64,000 nucleotides of DNA from Camelus ferus (taxonomy: Eukaryota). Both the position numbers and the translations under genes were made by a program. The notes under the pieces are model-generated. The model saw only the letters and a list, made by a program, of their open reading frames with translations, did no database searches and was not told the origin of the DNA. The first letter of the stretch is position 1; each line of letters starts with the position of its first letter. Below, one piece after another: positions 12,892 to 26,355 of this stretch. Location of the stretch: the NCBI RefSeq assembly GCF_009834535.1, contig NC_045705.1, positions 66,154,001 to 66,218,000 of the forward strand. Direction: 5' to 3'.

Positions 12892-14693
12892 TTCATCTGA
12901 TTACTTTTGCACACATACGTATGCATGTACATCTCTGTACACATGTATACACGCATATACACATACACATACATGTATATATTTAAAACCACACTAAGCA
13001 AACATAAGAAAAAGTGAATGAGAAGCAGGTAAATTAAGTGATAGTTGGAAAGGACGTGGGATGAGCGACAGGTTTCTCTGTTTTTCAGATGGGAGATTCT
13101 ACGGCTCATTTGATGCTATCACATTCAGCAGAGAGCATGGCAAAAATCCAAAACTCACAGAAAGTCCTTAAGCAAAGAGACAGGCTCCAAAGCACAAGAG
13201 GAAAGGCTTCGGTCCCCCTGGATTACCACGGGCAGTACAAGGACAGGAGGACCCATGAGCACATCTGTAGGGCTGGTAATTGGGAGGCGAGAGTTCCCTC
13301 CAATGGCTACTATTCCTTAATGAAGTATGAGCTGTGGTCAGAATCCAGCAGGGGAAGGGGGAGCTGGGAGACAAGACAGCAGTTTTCAAATATGACATCC
13401 CAGAGGAGATCTGCTAGGCAGTGCTGAGAGTCCATCTGAGGTTTGTAACTATGAATTTAAGGTAAAACTAGTGAGCTAGGTTAGTTGTTTTCTCTAACAG
13501 TTACTTGGGAACAGAGGGGAATGATTGGGTTGGCCAGGGCTAGGTTTTTCCTAGATGAATACAATGAAGGGGGAAAGGGAGTGTGGGGTGTAGACTGTGG
13601 GATTGAATGCTGCACCAGAAGGGAAGTGACGATAGGAGAATGGTAGTGAGAATATGGCAGGGCTGGAGGATGAAGATAAAAGAGTTTTTACAGAGGAGGT
13701 AGTTGAGCAAGGAAGCAAGAAAGCCAGGAGGGGAGGTGGTGACTGTGCAGGTATTTGAACTCAAATGGTGCTACACTTTCTAGTGATGTCAAAGGTCCAG
13801 GAGTGCCTAGGGATGTAGGCAACAGGCCCGGAATAGAGGACAAGGGCATTAGTGATGGGATATCAAGGAACTAGGGGCCCACAGTGTCGGACAGGCCCAT
13901 TCATGGGATGCAGAACACAATGACGGAAGCCGGGGTAGAAGACTCCGAGCTAGGAAGTAAACTTCAATGTCTGAGCAGTGACTAAAAGGTCAATGCCAGC
14001 AAAGATGAGGGAGAACATACAAAGGTATAACCAGCTTCACAGGAGAAGTGGGATGTGATTTGCAAGAGGGCTGAGGAGTGAGACTGAGTAGCCACAAGGA
14101 GGCCACCAACCCCAGAATGTACACAGCAGCATGGAGGTAGGCACTCCTGCAGTGACAGGTGACTAGAAAGGCAGGGAAGCAGCGTACGAGGCACTACAAA
14201 ATTCGTCCTGAGTGTCTCTTAGAGGCAGGTGGGCACTAAGACCCACTGTGGTCGTGAATGCCTGAATCAGTATTAACTGCAAGCAGGCAATGAAGTGGGA
14301 CTGCTCCCCGTTACTAAATACATGCAAAGAGGCATGGCACAGGGCCTGGCACTTACTGAATGCCCAGTGAGAGAGGGAGAACCTGGGAAACTGGGAAAGA
14401 TTCCAGTTATTCCCCGTTGCCTGCTCACTCAGCCCACCTGCCCATGAGGTCTCCACCCAGGAGCAGTTTTTACCTTTATCACATGTCCCTCCTCCTTCCA
14501 AAGAGCCACTCCAACACCAGCATAAGTCACCTCCCACCAGGGGTTTAATTCTCCTATGTCAAAGTCAGTTCAGAGAGGGGCCCTGCCTTGTCCCCATCCA
14601 GGGGGAAAGGTTGGTCGAGCACCCTGGGAATGTCCAAGCTCAGAGAAGCCACAGACTAGTCTCTGAGCAAGAGCAGAAGTGGGTCCCGGGGTC

Positions 14694-16168
14694 TCAGGCT
14701 GCCTCCTCCTCTTCACTCTCCTCCTCACTCTCATGACACTGTCTACGGTTGGTGTTAACAAAAAGGTCGGAATCATCTTCAGAGCTAGACTCTTCTCCTG
14801 ATGACTGTGGCTCAGCTGGGAGTTCTGGCTGAGTCTGTCTGCATGGGGGAAAAGGGCAGAGTTAGCTATATGCCCTCTGGGAAAATCAGATCTGAAATCA
14901 AGGAGCCTCACTAAAAGGAAGACCATATGGCCAAGCAGTTAGGACTTAGTGAATCAGACAGGGAGAGAATCAGGGCAAAACAGCAGGAAAACTTGGCCAA
15001 GGAAAACAGGCTAAATACTAGCTCCCACCTTTTATCTCAAAAGTTTGCTAGAGCTACTGATCCTAAAAATAATGAATCTACTATGACCAACTAACAGTTA
15101 ATGGACCCACATTATTTACCAGGTACTATACTAAACAGTTTTACAAGCATTAGCCACATTAATCCTCACAAAGCTCCCATTTTATAGGTGATAAAATCCA
15201 GGCTTAAGAGATTAACCTGCTAGAAGTCACTCAGTTATAACTGGCAAAGCCAGAACTTTAAACCAGGGGATTTGACTTTCAAGCCAACTCATAATCACAT
15301 ATTTAGAAGCTCTCACCAGAGACCGTATGTAGGAAGAAAGGAAGGCTCTACTTCCTCTCAAGACACCAAAGCCTGAAGCCCCATTTTCTGTCTCCCCTCC
15401 CCCATGACTTGCTCCTCACCTGTTCCTGTTGTTGCTGTGTTTCTCAGCCACTTGGGAGAAGGCCTCAGGCCTGTGCCAAGAGAAGAGTTGGGGTCACAAA
15501 GGACAGAGAAATCTCTCAGCAAAAAAGCTGTTTCCAGCTGTCCCTGCCTGGGATGCCATGATCCTCCCTCCCCTAATTCCACAGTGAGGAAGTAAACCCC
15601 TTTGAAGTCAGGCAGCCAATGACCTTACCAGAGCCCGTCCTTCTGCAGAGAGCGCACATGGTCTTTGCAGAGCACAAAGGAGATCTCAGCCTTCACCTTC
15701 TCTCCCTCTTCAATAGGGTCAACAATGAGGAAGTCCCCTGCAGGTAGAAAGGAGAAAAGGCACAGTCTGCTTGCAGTTGGGGAAAGGCAAGACCATGGGA
15801 AACAGTTCTGTTTCCCAAAGGGCTGCCTCTCTCACCTCTCTTGATCCAGATGTTCTTCCGGTATTTGGAGGGCATGCTCACCAGGAAGCGCTGCCCCTGG
15901 GCTGTCTCTACTTCATGCAAATTGTTGCCTGGGGTCCTGAGTACCTGGGCCAGGAGAGAACAAGAACCAGTCAGCCTCGTCAGCCAGCTCCAAAACCTGC
16001 CGAGCTGTACTGCACCTTACCCCCACCCCAGAGGTCCAAGGCGGGTGGGGGGCTGAGAAGCTCTTCCCCAATGCCACTCACCCTCACGATCTGCTGCTGG
16101 TCAGAGGGCACCATGTGCTCCCCCAGCACCTCCTTCACCACGTGCTTCCTCTTGGTGGCCTGAGACAT
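14694..16168 (-). CDS. EIF1AD: Probable RNA-binding protein EIF1AD, 166 aa, 5 coding exons
   Basis: Exons 16168-16082, 15944-15836, 15737-15629, 15470-15420 and 14838-14694 have GT-AG boundaries and total 501 nt. Translation [66 protein letters not shown]...[11 protein letters not shown] matches EIF1AD. A non-coding upstream exon donor (GTAAGT) is at 16861. Confidence 0.97.
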
Positions 16169-16879
16169 GTTGGGTCCTGTCTCAGGGTGGTGAGGGATGC
16201 AGTCTGTCAACTCCTCCTCTTGAGTTTCTTGGATGGCAGGCTCAGAACCCAGGACTTTTAAAGACGAAGAGAGGTCTTTTACTTAGAAGTGGCACAGTCT
16301 TGGTTAAGAACATGGGCTCTGAAATCCTACCTTGGCTATTTCCTGGCTGTTCATTTCTCTAGATTTCAGAGAAAAATAGCCAACTCAGAACATTCTTATT
16401 AGAAGGAAATAATTCTAAGCAAAGCACTTAGTACACTGTATGGTACCTAAAAATAACTCGCGTCATCATTAAGAACAGGCATAACCATAAAAACTAAATA
16501 TATGTCCTAGAAAAAATACGTCATTCCGGCAACTATTTGATGGAGATAAACCGTTTCTTCCTCAGCATGCTTGTACATCCCATGTGTAACGCAACAGAGA
16601 TGCTCAGTCTATCAACACACACAGAAACCAATTAAGGGAGCCAAATCAGGAATATGTTAATTAAAGGTCAGGGTAGGTCGGTTTGGTCTTTGGCATCTGT
16701 TATGTTTCTGAATTGGGTACTGAGAAGACCAAGACTGATGCGTACTCAGAAAACTAATGGTTTCCAAAGACGACTCAGAAGTCTCATCTCTAGTTGCCGA
16801 CCCCTGCCTTCCTTCCTCCCTATCCTGGAGGAAAGACGCTCAAAGAGAAACCCACACTTACTCTCTGGCCCTAGACCCC

Positions 16880-17990
16880 AACAGGCGCTGCCGTTCTCCA
16901 GGCTGGAAGATGCAAGCGGCTCGTCCACGACTCTCTTCGCACCTGAGCCAATGAAATCACAGAAGAAAGACTTTGGCAGCGGTCACGACGGTGGAGTCGG
17001 CTGGAACTCAGGCCTCCGGCACCTCGGGATCCCCCTAATTCTTAGGAGCCCGACAGCGATGCGAACGGCGCGGGTCGGCTGGAGTCGGACAGCGTACTTC
17101 CGGCGGTCTTCCGGAAGCCTCCCGGCCACGCCTCTCCCCTTGTCCGTTCCTCTAACTCTTCCCACCGCCAGGTCGGCCACGGCTAAGTCCTTAAGTTCCG
17201 GATGCCGTTCAGCCGAGCAATAATGTTTTCACCTCCCAGGCCTCTGCTGCCTGAGACCGGAAATGCTTCCCGAGAAACGAGGCCACAGAAGGCAGTCAGG
17301 CTTCCCGAAAAATGCCCGGAAAGGAGTGCCTATTAAGGGTGCACACGAGGTCCGGGGCGCCTCATCTCTATGACTCTATGAGGCTAGAAGTGCCCATAGT
17401 AGTTTTTTTAAAGCGGCTCTTGAGGCGACCCGGAAGCGGAAGTGGAAGAAAGTTCTAGTGGGCTGAGGTATCGGTGGGAGCAGCCGGGTGGCGGGAGAAG
17501 CCGTTAGGAGAGTCGGAGCTGCGGGTGAGCGCGAGCCGCGGAGCGGAGCCTAGGCTGGAGTCCAGAGGAGGCGCGGGGAGGAGGGGAGGAGAGGGGCCGC
17601 AAGCGCTGCGGCGGGCAAGAAGATGCGCCCTCGGAGAGAGCTTGGCCGCGGGGAGGGGCGCAGCGGTGCAGGGAGGGGGCGGGGACGGTGTACGGCACGT
17701 TGAGGGTGGGGCCGGCGGCGTGGGGCGCGGCGGGAGCCCAGGCTTGGACCCCGCGGGCTGGAGCGTCGAGTGTGCGCGCTCAGGGCCTTCTCTCCGTGTG
17801 CAGCCCGTGGGGCGGATGGGATGGAGAGACTCCCTTTGCTTTTCAGGCCGGCTAGCGGTGCCAGGCAGAGTCAGTGCTGCCTTTGCCCAGCCAAGGTCAC
17901 AGAGGAGTGACAGTTTCAGGGCGGGCCCTGGGTATTGACCAACCCTGGGATTGCCCCGCGTTCGCCACCTGTTAGGGCTAGATAGTTTTT
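16880..17990. promoter_or_regulatory. CpG-island bidirectional promoter of EIF1AD and BANF1 with an ETS/GABP motif cluster
   Basis: CpG-rich, with head-to-head genes. CCGGAA-type motifs at 17096, 17108 (palindromic CTTCCGGAAG), 17196, 17257, 17316, and tandem CCGGAAGCGGAAGTG at 17430-17444. Confidence 0.85.
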
Positions 17991-18224
17991 TCTTTGGGGC
18001 GGTGCCAAAAGCCAGCTCCCGCAGGAAGTGGGAGACATTTCTCTCTTGAAGAGTAATAAAAAGACTCTTCCCTAGTCAGTTTTCTCATCTGTGAAGTGGG
18101 GGGAATCGAGTAAGTCTCCATAATGACGGGTCTAGTTTCCTCTTACTGTGAGTTGCCACTGGGCCTTTGAAAGTTCCTAGGTGTTCAGCTCTAACCTACT
18201 TTTTCTTGGGATTCCCAGATCAAG

Positions 18225-18727
18225 ATGACAACCTCCCAGAAGCACCGAGACTTCGTGGCAGAGCCCATGGGGGAAAAACCAGTGGGAAGCCTGGCCGGGA
18301 TTGGTGAAGTCCTGGGCAAGAAGCTGGAGGAAAGAGGCTTTGACAAGGTGCTGGGAGGCTGCATGCAGCTAGGGAGGCCTGGGGGTGGCAGACTACCATA
18401 TTTCCTGGCAGTTTGAGAGTAAGTGTATCTTTTGGGGGCTGACAGTGGTGGGTAATCGGAAGAGCTAGCCAGAGCCTGCCCTGCCTCCTAGGTGCATGTA
18501 CTTTGAATAGTACAGAAGTGGCCTTTGTGTTCTTAGTCCCATAGAGCACTTAGCAGCACGCCCTTTGCTCTGTTTTGCAGGCCTATGTGGTCCTTGGCCA
18601 GTTTCTGGTTCTAAAGAAAGATGAAGACCTCTTCCGAGAATGGCTGAAGGACACATGCGGTGCCAACGCCAAGCAGTCTCGGGACTGCTTCGGGTGTCTT
18701 CGAGAGTGGTGCGACGCCTTCTTGTGA
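18225..18727 (+). CDS. BANF1: Barrier-to-autointegration factor 1, 89 aa, 2 coding exons
   Basis: Exons 18225-18347 and 18581-18727 give [49 protein letters not shown]...EWCDAFL*, identical to human BAF as I recall it. Non-coding exon 1 donor is at 17468. Confidence 0.98.
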
Positions 18728-19084
18728 TGCTCTCTGGGGAGACCCCGATCCCTAACCCCAGCATTGAGTCTCCAGAGTTTGCAGCCAAGTGAGGACTACT
18801 CCTCCGTCTTTACAAAGGAAAAGATTGCTGTTGTCGTCCACACCTCCGATGTACTCCAGGGTCTTTTGGGAGTTCTCTCCCCTCACCATTTCAACTTTTT
18901 TGTAATTCTCACTCTTGCATGCATTTCCCTTCTCTCCTTGCCAATTTCATGTCAGCAATTACCAGCTTTTCTGAGTGGATTCCTGGCCCCTTTCTTCACA
19001 CCCACCCTCACCTCTGGTCTGTTTTATGCCATTTGGTCCTCTGTTTGGCGGAACAGTCACTGTCCTTGTAAAATTTTTTAAATC

Positions 19085-19090
19085 AATAAA
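19085..19090 (+). terminator. BANF1 polyadenylation signal AATAAA
   Basis: AATAAA about 360 nt after the stop codon, followed by GT-rich sequence. Confidence 0.8.
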
Positions 19091-19989
19091 GTTAGTGGCC
19101 TTCATAACTGGGTCTTGTGCGTGGAAAGCAGGTGGGCTGGGAGTTGCCTGTTTCTCCGGGACTGACCAGGTTTGTCACTCCTTATCAGTGCAGATCGAAA
19201 CTGGCAGCCTCCTCAAAGGGCAGCCACCTTGGCCACATGGGCCTTAGGCGGGTGCTTGGAGTGTCTCAATCTCTGAATAGTGTGGGAGAGAATGTGGGTT
19301 GACCATATCCTGGGATCCAGATGAGCTGTGGTGTTCCAAATGTCAGTGTGGTCAACAGCTGGGCTAGGCAGCACCTGGTGGAAAAGTCAGTGGGAGTCAG
19401 AGCTACCAGGAAGAGGGTGGACTGGATGTGGGTAGGGATTTGCCTGTCAGTCATCATTGGCAGGTACCTCCTGGCCTCTGGGAGGAGTGGGCAGGATTCT
19501 TGCAGTCTGCCCTGTTTTCTTAGGGAGGCAGGAAGAACATGGGCGTCATAACTGGGGGTGGAGTGTTGAGTGAGTTACCCTTTAATTTGGTACATTTTCG
19601 TTGTGCTCTTTGTCAAACACCTGTATGAACCAGGCCCACAGCTAAGATCTTTGCAAGCTTTTTCTTTTTTTCCGCAATAACAAGTAATTGTTTTCTCTTT
19701 TATCGGTGAGGAAACTAGAGGCTCAGAGAGGCTGAATGTCACGACCATGGACTTAATACTAAGTACTCACACTGACTCTCAAAACATGACATGGAAACAC
19801 ATGTACCTGAGAGTACTGTGCTCCTTGGTCGTGTCAGTTGGCTTCTCTGAGACTCTGTTTCCCCACCTGGAAAATGAGGTTATTGTAAGAATCAGATGCA
19901 ATGCTAGCATCGTTGAAAACCTACTCGGTTACAGAATTTTCCTCAGAGGGACTAGTCTGGCAAGGAGAGAGATGATGGATAATGAATAT

Positions 19990-20940
19990 TAGAACTGGGA
20001 TGAGAAGATTTACATGATCTCACAGTAAGGAAAAATTAAGAAAAAGTTAGTAAATATAACTTCATTATAGAAACTTTGTTCATCTAAGGATCCCGTAAAG
20101 AGAGGAAGGAGACTGACCCAAGGTGGGGAAGGGTATTTGCAGCACACGTAAATGATGAAGGGCTGTGTCCAGAGCATATTCACAACTGCAGTCAAGACAG
20201 CACAACAGGAAAGTGCCTAAAAAAGAGCTGAAGGGCAGCCATAGAGGAACACCCAGATGGTGAAAACACGTCAAAATGTGCTCAATCACAGTAGTGGTCA
20301 GAAACACAAACATGCCATTACACACTCACAAGACTGGCAAAAATTTTGAAGTCTCACAATACCAAGTGCTGATGATAAAATGGAGCAACAGGAACTGATA
20401 CCCGGCTGGTGGGAGTGTTATTTGGTGTAAACAGTTAGAGAAAACAGTTGGGTGTTTTCCAGTAAAACTAAAGACCCACCTTGTGAGCCAGCAGTTCTGT
20501 TCCTGGGGCTGTGATGGGGACACTCGCGCGCCTGCACCAGCATCTGAGCCAACATTCAATAGTAAAGAAAAAGAAGCGGGGAGGGTACAGCTCAGCGGTA
20601 GAGCACGTGCTTAGCATGCATGAGGTCCTGGGTTCAATCCCTGGTACTGCCATTAAAAAAAAAAAAAAAAAGAGGAGTGAATGAACATAATTACCTCCCC
20701 CAAAAATTTTTTAAAAAGAAAAAAAGAAAAGTTGGTAGTGATTGGCTTTGGGGAGGGAGGCAGGTGTGCTGTGTGGGAACTTTTGGGGCTGGGAATGGCA
20801 GTTTCCATTTCTTGACCTGTATGATGGTGATTCAGGCATTGACTGTATGTTCTGGGTACGTTTCTGTTTATTAGCTACATCTGAGAACGGTAGAAGGATA
20901 AAAGGGAAACCAAAAATAAAAATAGAGCAATTAGATGATT
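19990..20940 (+). mobile_element. Old L1 3' fragment with nested SINE
   Basis: L1ME-like AATACCAAGTGCTGATG and GAGCCAGCAGTTCTGTTCCTGG sequence. Confidence 0.55.
20577..20727 (+). mobile_element. Vic-1-type SINE
   Basis: tRNA-Ala head, A-run and ATAATTACCTCCCC. Confidence 0.88.
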
Positions 20941-22939
20941 AGTCAGAAAATATGATAGTTGTTAGTAGGGATGAGAGTTCCATGCAAGTTCTGGGAAGTG
21001 TGAGCGGCGCCCCCACCCCGGAAGGTCGCAGGATGGCCAGAGCTGGGCCCAGTCTGCGTTACAGGCTGCTTCCTGGGAGGGTGCCTATCTGAAGCCCAGG
21101 CCTAGTTGATCGTGTGGGCTGTCCTTGAAGGTTCTGGCCATACTTTGTTTCTGAAGTTATCCTGGATGGGTCCAGGGTCACCTCGGAGTCCCCTGAGCCT
21201 TGACCCTTGTGCTGTGATTGCTGTCACACAGGCCTGGTGTGCTTAGGCGGGGGCTGGGCAGGGCCACAGCCGCCCCCCTCAGCCCTGGTAGTGCCGGAGT
21301 GCTGCTGGCACTCTGCGAGGTCATGGAGGCTCCCTGCTCCTTCATGATGCCCTTCCTGGAGCTCCTGCCCATGCAGATTGCCCGGTCTTGCCTCTGGTGG
21401 CTCTGGTCCTGGGGCCTGCCCGGCACAGCTCTGTGGTACGTGCTGCTTGCTATCCTCACTCTGGGCTCTTCTCTGCCACACCCGCAGGCTTCGGCCCTGA
21501 AGGGGCTGCAGCCTGCTTTCCACCTCCCCCTTGGGCGCGGCAGTACCTGTGACAGGTGGGCCCGGAACCCTTGGGCCGGGCTCTTTGGGGCTTCCCATAC
21601 GACTTCCTGAATCAACTTCCTGAATCTGCCTCCTGGAGCAGCAGGGGACAAAGGGCATCTGGAATGTACATTGTAATGGCGGCCTCTCAGAGACCCAGCC
21701 GTGACTTGGCCAGCAGGACAAAGGGAGCAAGGCCTGGAATGCTGGAGAAAGCAGACCTGGGTGGGGATGGGTAGGAGGCAGGTTATCTAGATGTCAGCCC
21801 ACGCCTCCCAACAGGACGTGCATGGCTGGAAGCATGGGTGGGGCCAGAAGTCAGTAAAGATTGACTCAGTGTCCCCCTACCTCTGCTGTACCCAGCCAGA
21901 GCTGGACCCCCGAGTCAGTCTTTCTCAAGTGTGCAGATCTGGCCCAAAGCTTGGGGTGAACCCAACCCCTGCATTCCGGGGTCCTGAAGGGGTCCTGCTG
22001 CCCCTGGGAAGGAAATAGGGGGAAACTACGGGATGAATCCCAGCCGAAGACTCACTTCCCCACCCCAACCCAGTGGCAGCCCAGAGGGTGTGAAAGGCTC
22101 ACAGTCCATGCTCAGGTCTATCAGCCCCTTCCACGTTGCCTCCTCCCTGCAGGGACCCAGGGCTCTTCCTACTGTTATTTCTGGCCTTGACTGACAGTAG
22201 CCTGCAAGAGTCCTGTTTCTGCTCTCGGTTCCTTCTTTCCTCCCTGCGTGACCTTGAGCAAGTGGTTTCACTGCCCTGAGCCTCTGTCAGCTGGTGTGGC
22301 CTTGTGAAGATTCAACCAGCTAATGAACGCGAAGCCCCTGGCACCTGGGGGAGCTCCTCCACGGAGAGCAGCTTGACTCACGGTTGTATTGCAGCTTTCC
22401 TTGCCATCCAGTTCCCTGTCCAGGATGTGGTCCGACAGGGAAAGGGGAGCAGAGCCCTGGGGAGGGAATATCGTGGCCCAGCCAAACTTTCAAGGAAGAC
22501 GGCCCTGGGAGCAGCATGAAAGTACTCGACGACCAGATCCCAGGGTGAAGGAGATGCCAAGGGCCCACCCTGGTTAGCGAGGCCCATCAGCCAGGGGCAG
22601 GGGAGGGGTGCGATGGGAAACCAGGTTGGGATGACGGGGCCACGGCAAAACTGGAGGCCATGCCTGGTGGCCAGTGAGGATGGCCAACCTGAGCTCACAC
22701 CTGGCCCAGGCCTACTTCTGGAAGCCAGAGTGGTCCAGACTAAGGATGGACGGAGTCCAGGCTAAGACTTTTCCAGATGAGACCCAGTTTTCCCAGGGCA
22801 CCCCCACCCCCAGGGAGCCTCCCTCATCACAGCAGACCTCATATCCCTGCGGGGCAGCCCAGAACTCACACACTAGGATGCTGGCCCACCACTTACCCTT
22901 CTCCTTTGACCCTCCATTTCCTCCTTGTAAAAAAAAAAA

Positions 22940-23008
22940 AAGTGTGTGTGTGTGTGTATAAAATATATGTGTGTGTGTATGTATCTGTGTGTGTGTGTAT
23001 ATATATAT
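22940..23008. repeat. Compound (TG)n/(TA)n microsatellite
   Basis: Visible dinucleotide runs after an A-run. Confidence 0.9.
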
Positions 23009-24963
23009 AAAATCACTGCTTCTACAGAGTTGTTATAAGGATGAGAGGACATATATTGAGTCCCTGGTACAAGGCCTGGCACATATCAGAGCCCAGGAAT
23101 TAATTTCCCTTCCCCATCCCTCTTTTCTCACCAAGACCCCACTTCTAGTTAAGTGACCTCGGACAAGCGTCCTGACATATCTGATTAACTTTCTTCATCT
23201 GCAAAACGAGGATGATGATTACTAACTCAGGATGCTTGTGAGAATAGATCAGTGGGTGAAAAGGCTTTGGAAATTATTAGGTTGGTGTGCAAAAGATTTA
23301 TTGGTGTTAGCACAAAGGAATGACAGGTAGGGCAGGGGCAAGTGATCTGGGGACCCCCTGGCCCTTGGTGAGTTGGAGACTGGGCCTCAGATAATTTCCC
23401 ACGGAGCTATTAGAGGTAAGTGTGTCCATAGCTGAGTTCCAATGGACAGGAGAGCTGACACGGAGAACCCAAGGAGGCTCCCAGTCCCTTGGGGCTGCCT
23501 CTCCCACCTCTCCCCAGTACTGCGGTCCTGGACTCTTACTCTTCTACACTCCCAGCTTCTCTCAGGTCGGGCTCCTGCCTGGCCCTGGCCTTCTCACCAA
23601 GCCAAGCTTTTACCAGCTTTCGCACGAATGGGCCTGTCCCTTTAAGGCAGACACCTGAGCCCTCGACAAACTTGTGGCTGCTCCTTGGCGTCCCCAGATT
23701 GTTTTTCACAGCTGGGCTGAGGGGGTGGGGTAGCAGCTGGACTGGGCAGTGACAACATTCTGGTTCCAGTCTCCCAGGGAGAAATCACTGCCTTTCCTGG
23801 TCCTGGGATTCTGAGAGGCCAAGAATTGGTGGGTGTGGGGGCAGGTGGGGGAAGGAATACTGGCTGCTTACTCATAATACTCATCACAATAATAGCTACC
23901 ACTTGCTAAACGTCAACACTGAAAACCACAGCCTCTCCCAAGCCCCAGTTAAGATCCTTGGAGGCCCTAAGCACTAACTAGATCTTCATGTCCCAAGAGC
24001 AAAAAGCCCCATCTCCCCTAGCAATATGTGATTAAAAGTGCAAACTACCCTGAACTCTGAAATACTAATTCTAAAGAATTCCAATAAAATCCAGACTTTT
24101 CCAGTGTTGACTACTTCAATGCTGTTTTTTAATATCCTAATTGTCAGATTACTCCCCCCCAAAAGTCATAGCCCTATTTTGCTGGTATCTCCAACACATG
24201 CCCAGTTTACCTAGGAGTGACCCAGTCTTGGGCCAATATGTCATCATAACCTTAGAAGACAAGAATAGTGTCCTTTCTTCAGATGAGGACACTGAAGTCC
24301 CCCAAGCAGTGAATGGCAGAGCTGGTACCATGTACATCCCTCCTTCTGGTCAGTTCTCAACGTTCACTTTGTGTCCTGTTTAAGCCTCTGTAAAGTGGAA
24401 GCATTACTGATTCCCACATCATGCTGGTGGTGGGCGTTAAACAGTGGCTCAGCACAGTAATGCCTTCTACTTGCCTGCTGTGTATAGAGCACCAGGCCTC
24501 CCCTAAGCACTTTACTTATTGAATCCTCACAGCAACCCATTTTACAGAGAAGGAAACTGAAGTAGTGAGAGTTTAGTCTTCTCCAAGGTTACCCGGTTAG
24601 TAGATGGTGGGGACAGTAAGTGCCTGCTGGTGGCTGTTGGTGGTATTTCATACTGGATGGGCCTCGGTGAACTGCCCCAGTCGGGGCACTTGTTGCTGAG
24701 GACTGTCGCTGGCTTTTCCCTCCCTGGACTAGGTGTGCCCTGGAGATCAGGCAGCATCGTAGTACACAGGTGTGCTTGTGCCTGTCCACTGTCGCCCTTG
24801 GCGCCGGGACACAGCCTCGCCGAGAGGACTGCCCAGCCCCAGCGGTCCCTCCCCTGCCCGGCTGCGGGGGCGCACGGCGGGCGGCGGGAGAGCGGGCGGG
24901 GCCGCGGAGCCCGGAGCCCGTAAAAGCGGCGCGGGCCGAGGCCGAGGCCAGACACCGACGATC

Positions 24964-26248
24964 ATGGCGCGTCCGAGCCTCCTGCTGCCGCTGGGGCTGG
25001 CCCTGCTCGCGCTCTGCCTCCTGGCGCTGCCCAGCGATGCCCGGCCAGGGGACCGCAAGGTCGGAGAACGCCAGGAACTGTCGCCCAGCGACCCGCAGGT
25101 GCAGAAGGCGGTGCAGGTGGCCGTGGCCAACTACAACATGGGCAGCAACAGCGTCTACTACTTCCGCGATACCAACGTCCTCCGGGCGCAGAGCCAGGTG
25201 CGGCCCCTCCGGCGGGACCGGGCAGGAGGGGAGGCGGGGCGCTGGGGGGAGGCGAGGGAGGCACTCAGCGGGGCACCAGATCAAGGTCGGGGCGACACGA
25301 GAGTGATCAGGATGACATTTTAATACAATATATTGTGGAAAGTCCAATTAATGCCAAAAATTCGTGATGAACAAGATATCTCAAATAGGATCCAACCCTG
25401 AATTTGCACAGCTACCTCACTAGCCTCCCTGCTGTGATGGGTGGGTTTGGGGAGAGGATGATGAGAGACAGGCCGCTGTGTGGACTTGAATCTCAGCCTC
25501 CTGGATTTCCCCACTTCTCAGGGATCCCCACCAGAACTCCCTGTCACCCCTCCCCACCCATTCCTGTCCCCACATGCATCCCAGATCTGAATCCCAAGGA
25601 CAGTGTGCTGGTTATGTCCGGGGAAGATGAGGGGAGATGGGAGGATATGGAGAGAGGGGAGAGGTCCAGGTCAAGGGTTGTCTCCCAGCACCCCTGACTG
25701 GTCCCCACCCTCCGTCCCAGCTGGTGGCTGGCGTCAAGTACTACCTGACCGTGGAAATGGGAAGCACAGCCTGCCAGAAGAACGCAATGGCTGGAGACCA
25801 CATAGACCTCACCATCTGCCCTCTGGCTGCAGAAGCACAGCAGGAGGTAACAGCCCTGCCCTGAGCCAGGCATCAGCCTGTCCTGCCAGCACTTGGGTCC
25901 TGAACTGGTCTGGCTGGACCTGTCCCTCCCTTCTGGATGACTCAGCCCCTAATGCTGGGGTGGGGTACCAAGAGGAGAAGCCTGGGGGCTTCCCCTGGAG
26001 GGAGGGGGTTCATTAGAAAGATTTGGAATCTGGTCTTGGCCATCCGACTCGATGTCCCTTGGGCCAGCACGTCACAGGGAAATGTGACTGGCACGGGGCT
26101 GACAGTTGGGAGGAGGCAGGCCTGGGACCAGGCTAACCCTCCTTTCCTCATGCTCTGTCTGCAGAAGCTGCGCTGTGACTTTGAGATCCTCATGGTTCCC
26201 TGGCAGAACTCCTCCCGCCTTCTGAAGCACAACTGTGTGCCTGTGTAG
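24964..26248 (+). CDS. CST6: Cystatin E/M (cystatin-6), 147 aa precursor, 3 exons
   Basis: Exons 24964-25197, 25721-25846 and 26165-26248 total 444 nt. Signal peptide [27 protein letters not shown] loop, VPW loop and the GSNS legumain-binding Asn are present. CpG island 24790-25300 and TAAAA at about 24920. Confidence 0.97.
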
Positions 26249-26349
26249 GAGACCTCTGCGGGCCTAGGAGAGGGAGGGAGTGGGCGGGACTGGGCAGGAG
26301 CAGGCGCATCGGTGGAGGGCACTTCAGGTCCCTGGACCATATCTGTTGC

Positions 26350-26355
26350 AATAAA
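26350..26355 (+). terminator. CST6 polyadenylation signal AATAAA
   Basis: AATAAA about 100 nt after the stop codon. Confidence 0.8.

Noticed and set aside
13073-13427. Strong plus-strand acceptor followed by a 112-aa ORF
   Set aside because: It lies antisense in the EIF1AD 3' region among old LINE debris, with no matching donor or recognisable protein.
16654-17223. 189-aa plus-strand ORF
   Set aside because: It is antisense to the EIF1AD 5' exons in a CpG island, with no domain and no splice support.
24772-24963. Apparent N-terminal extension of CST6
   Set aside because: It starts at GTG upstream of the TAAAA element; the signal peptide begins at ATG 24964.
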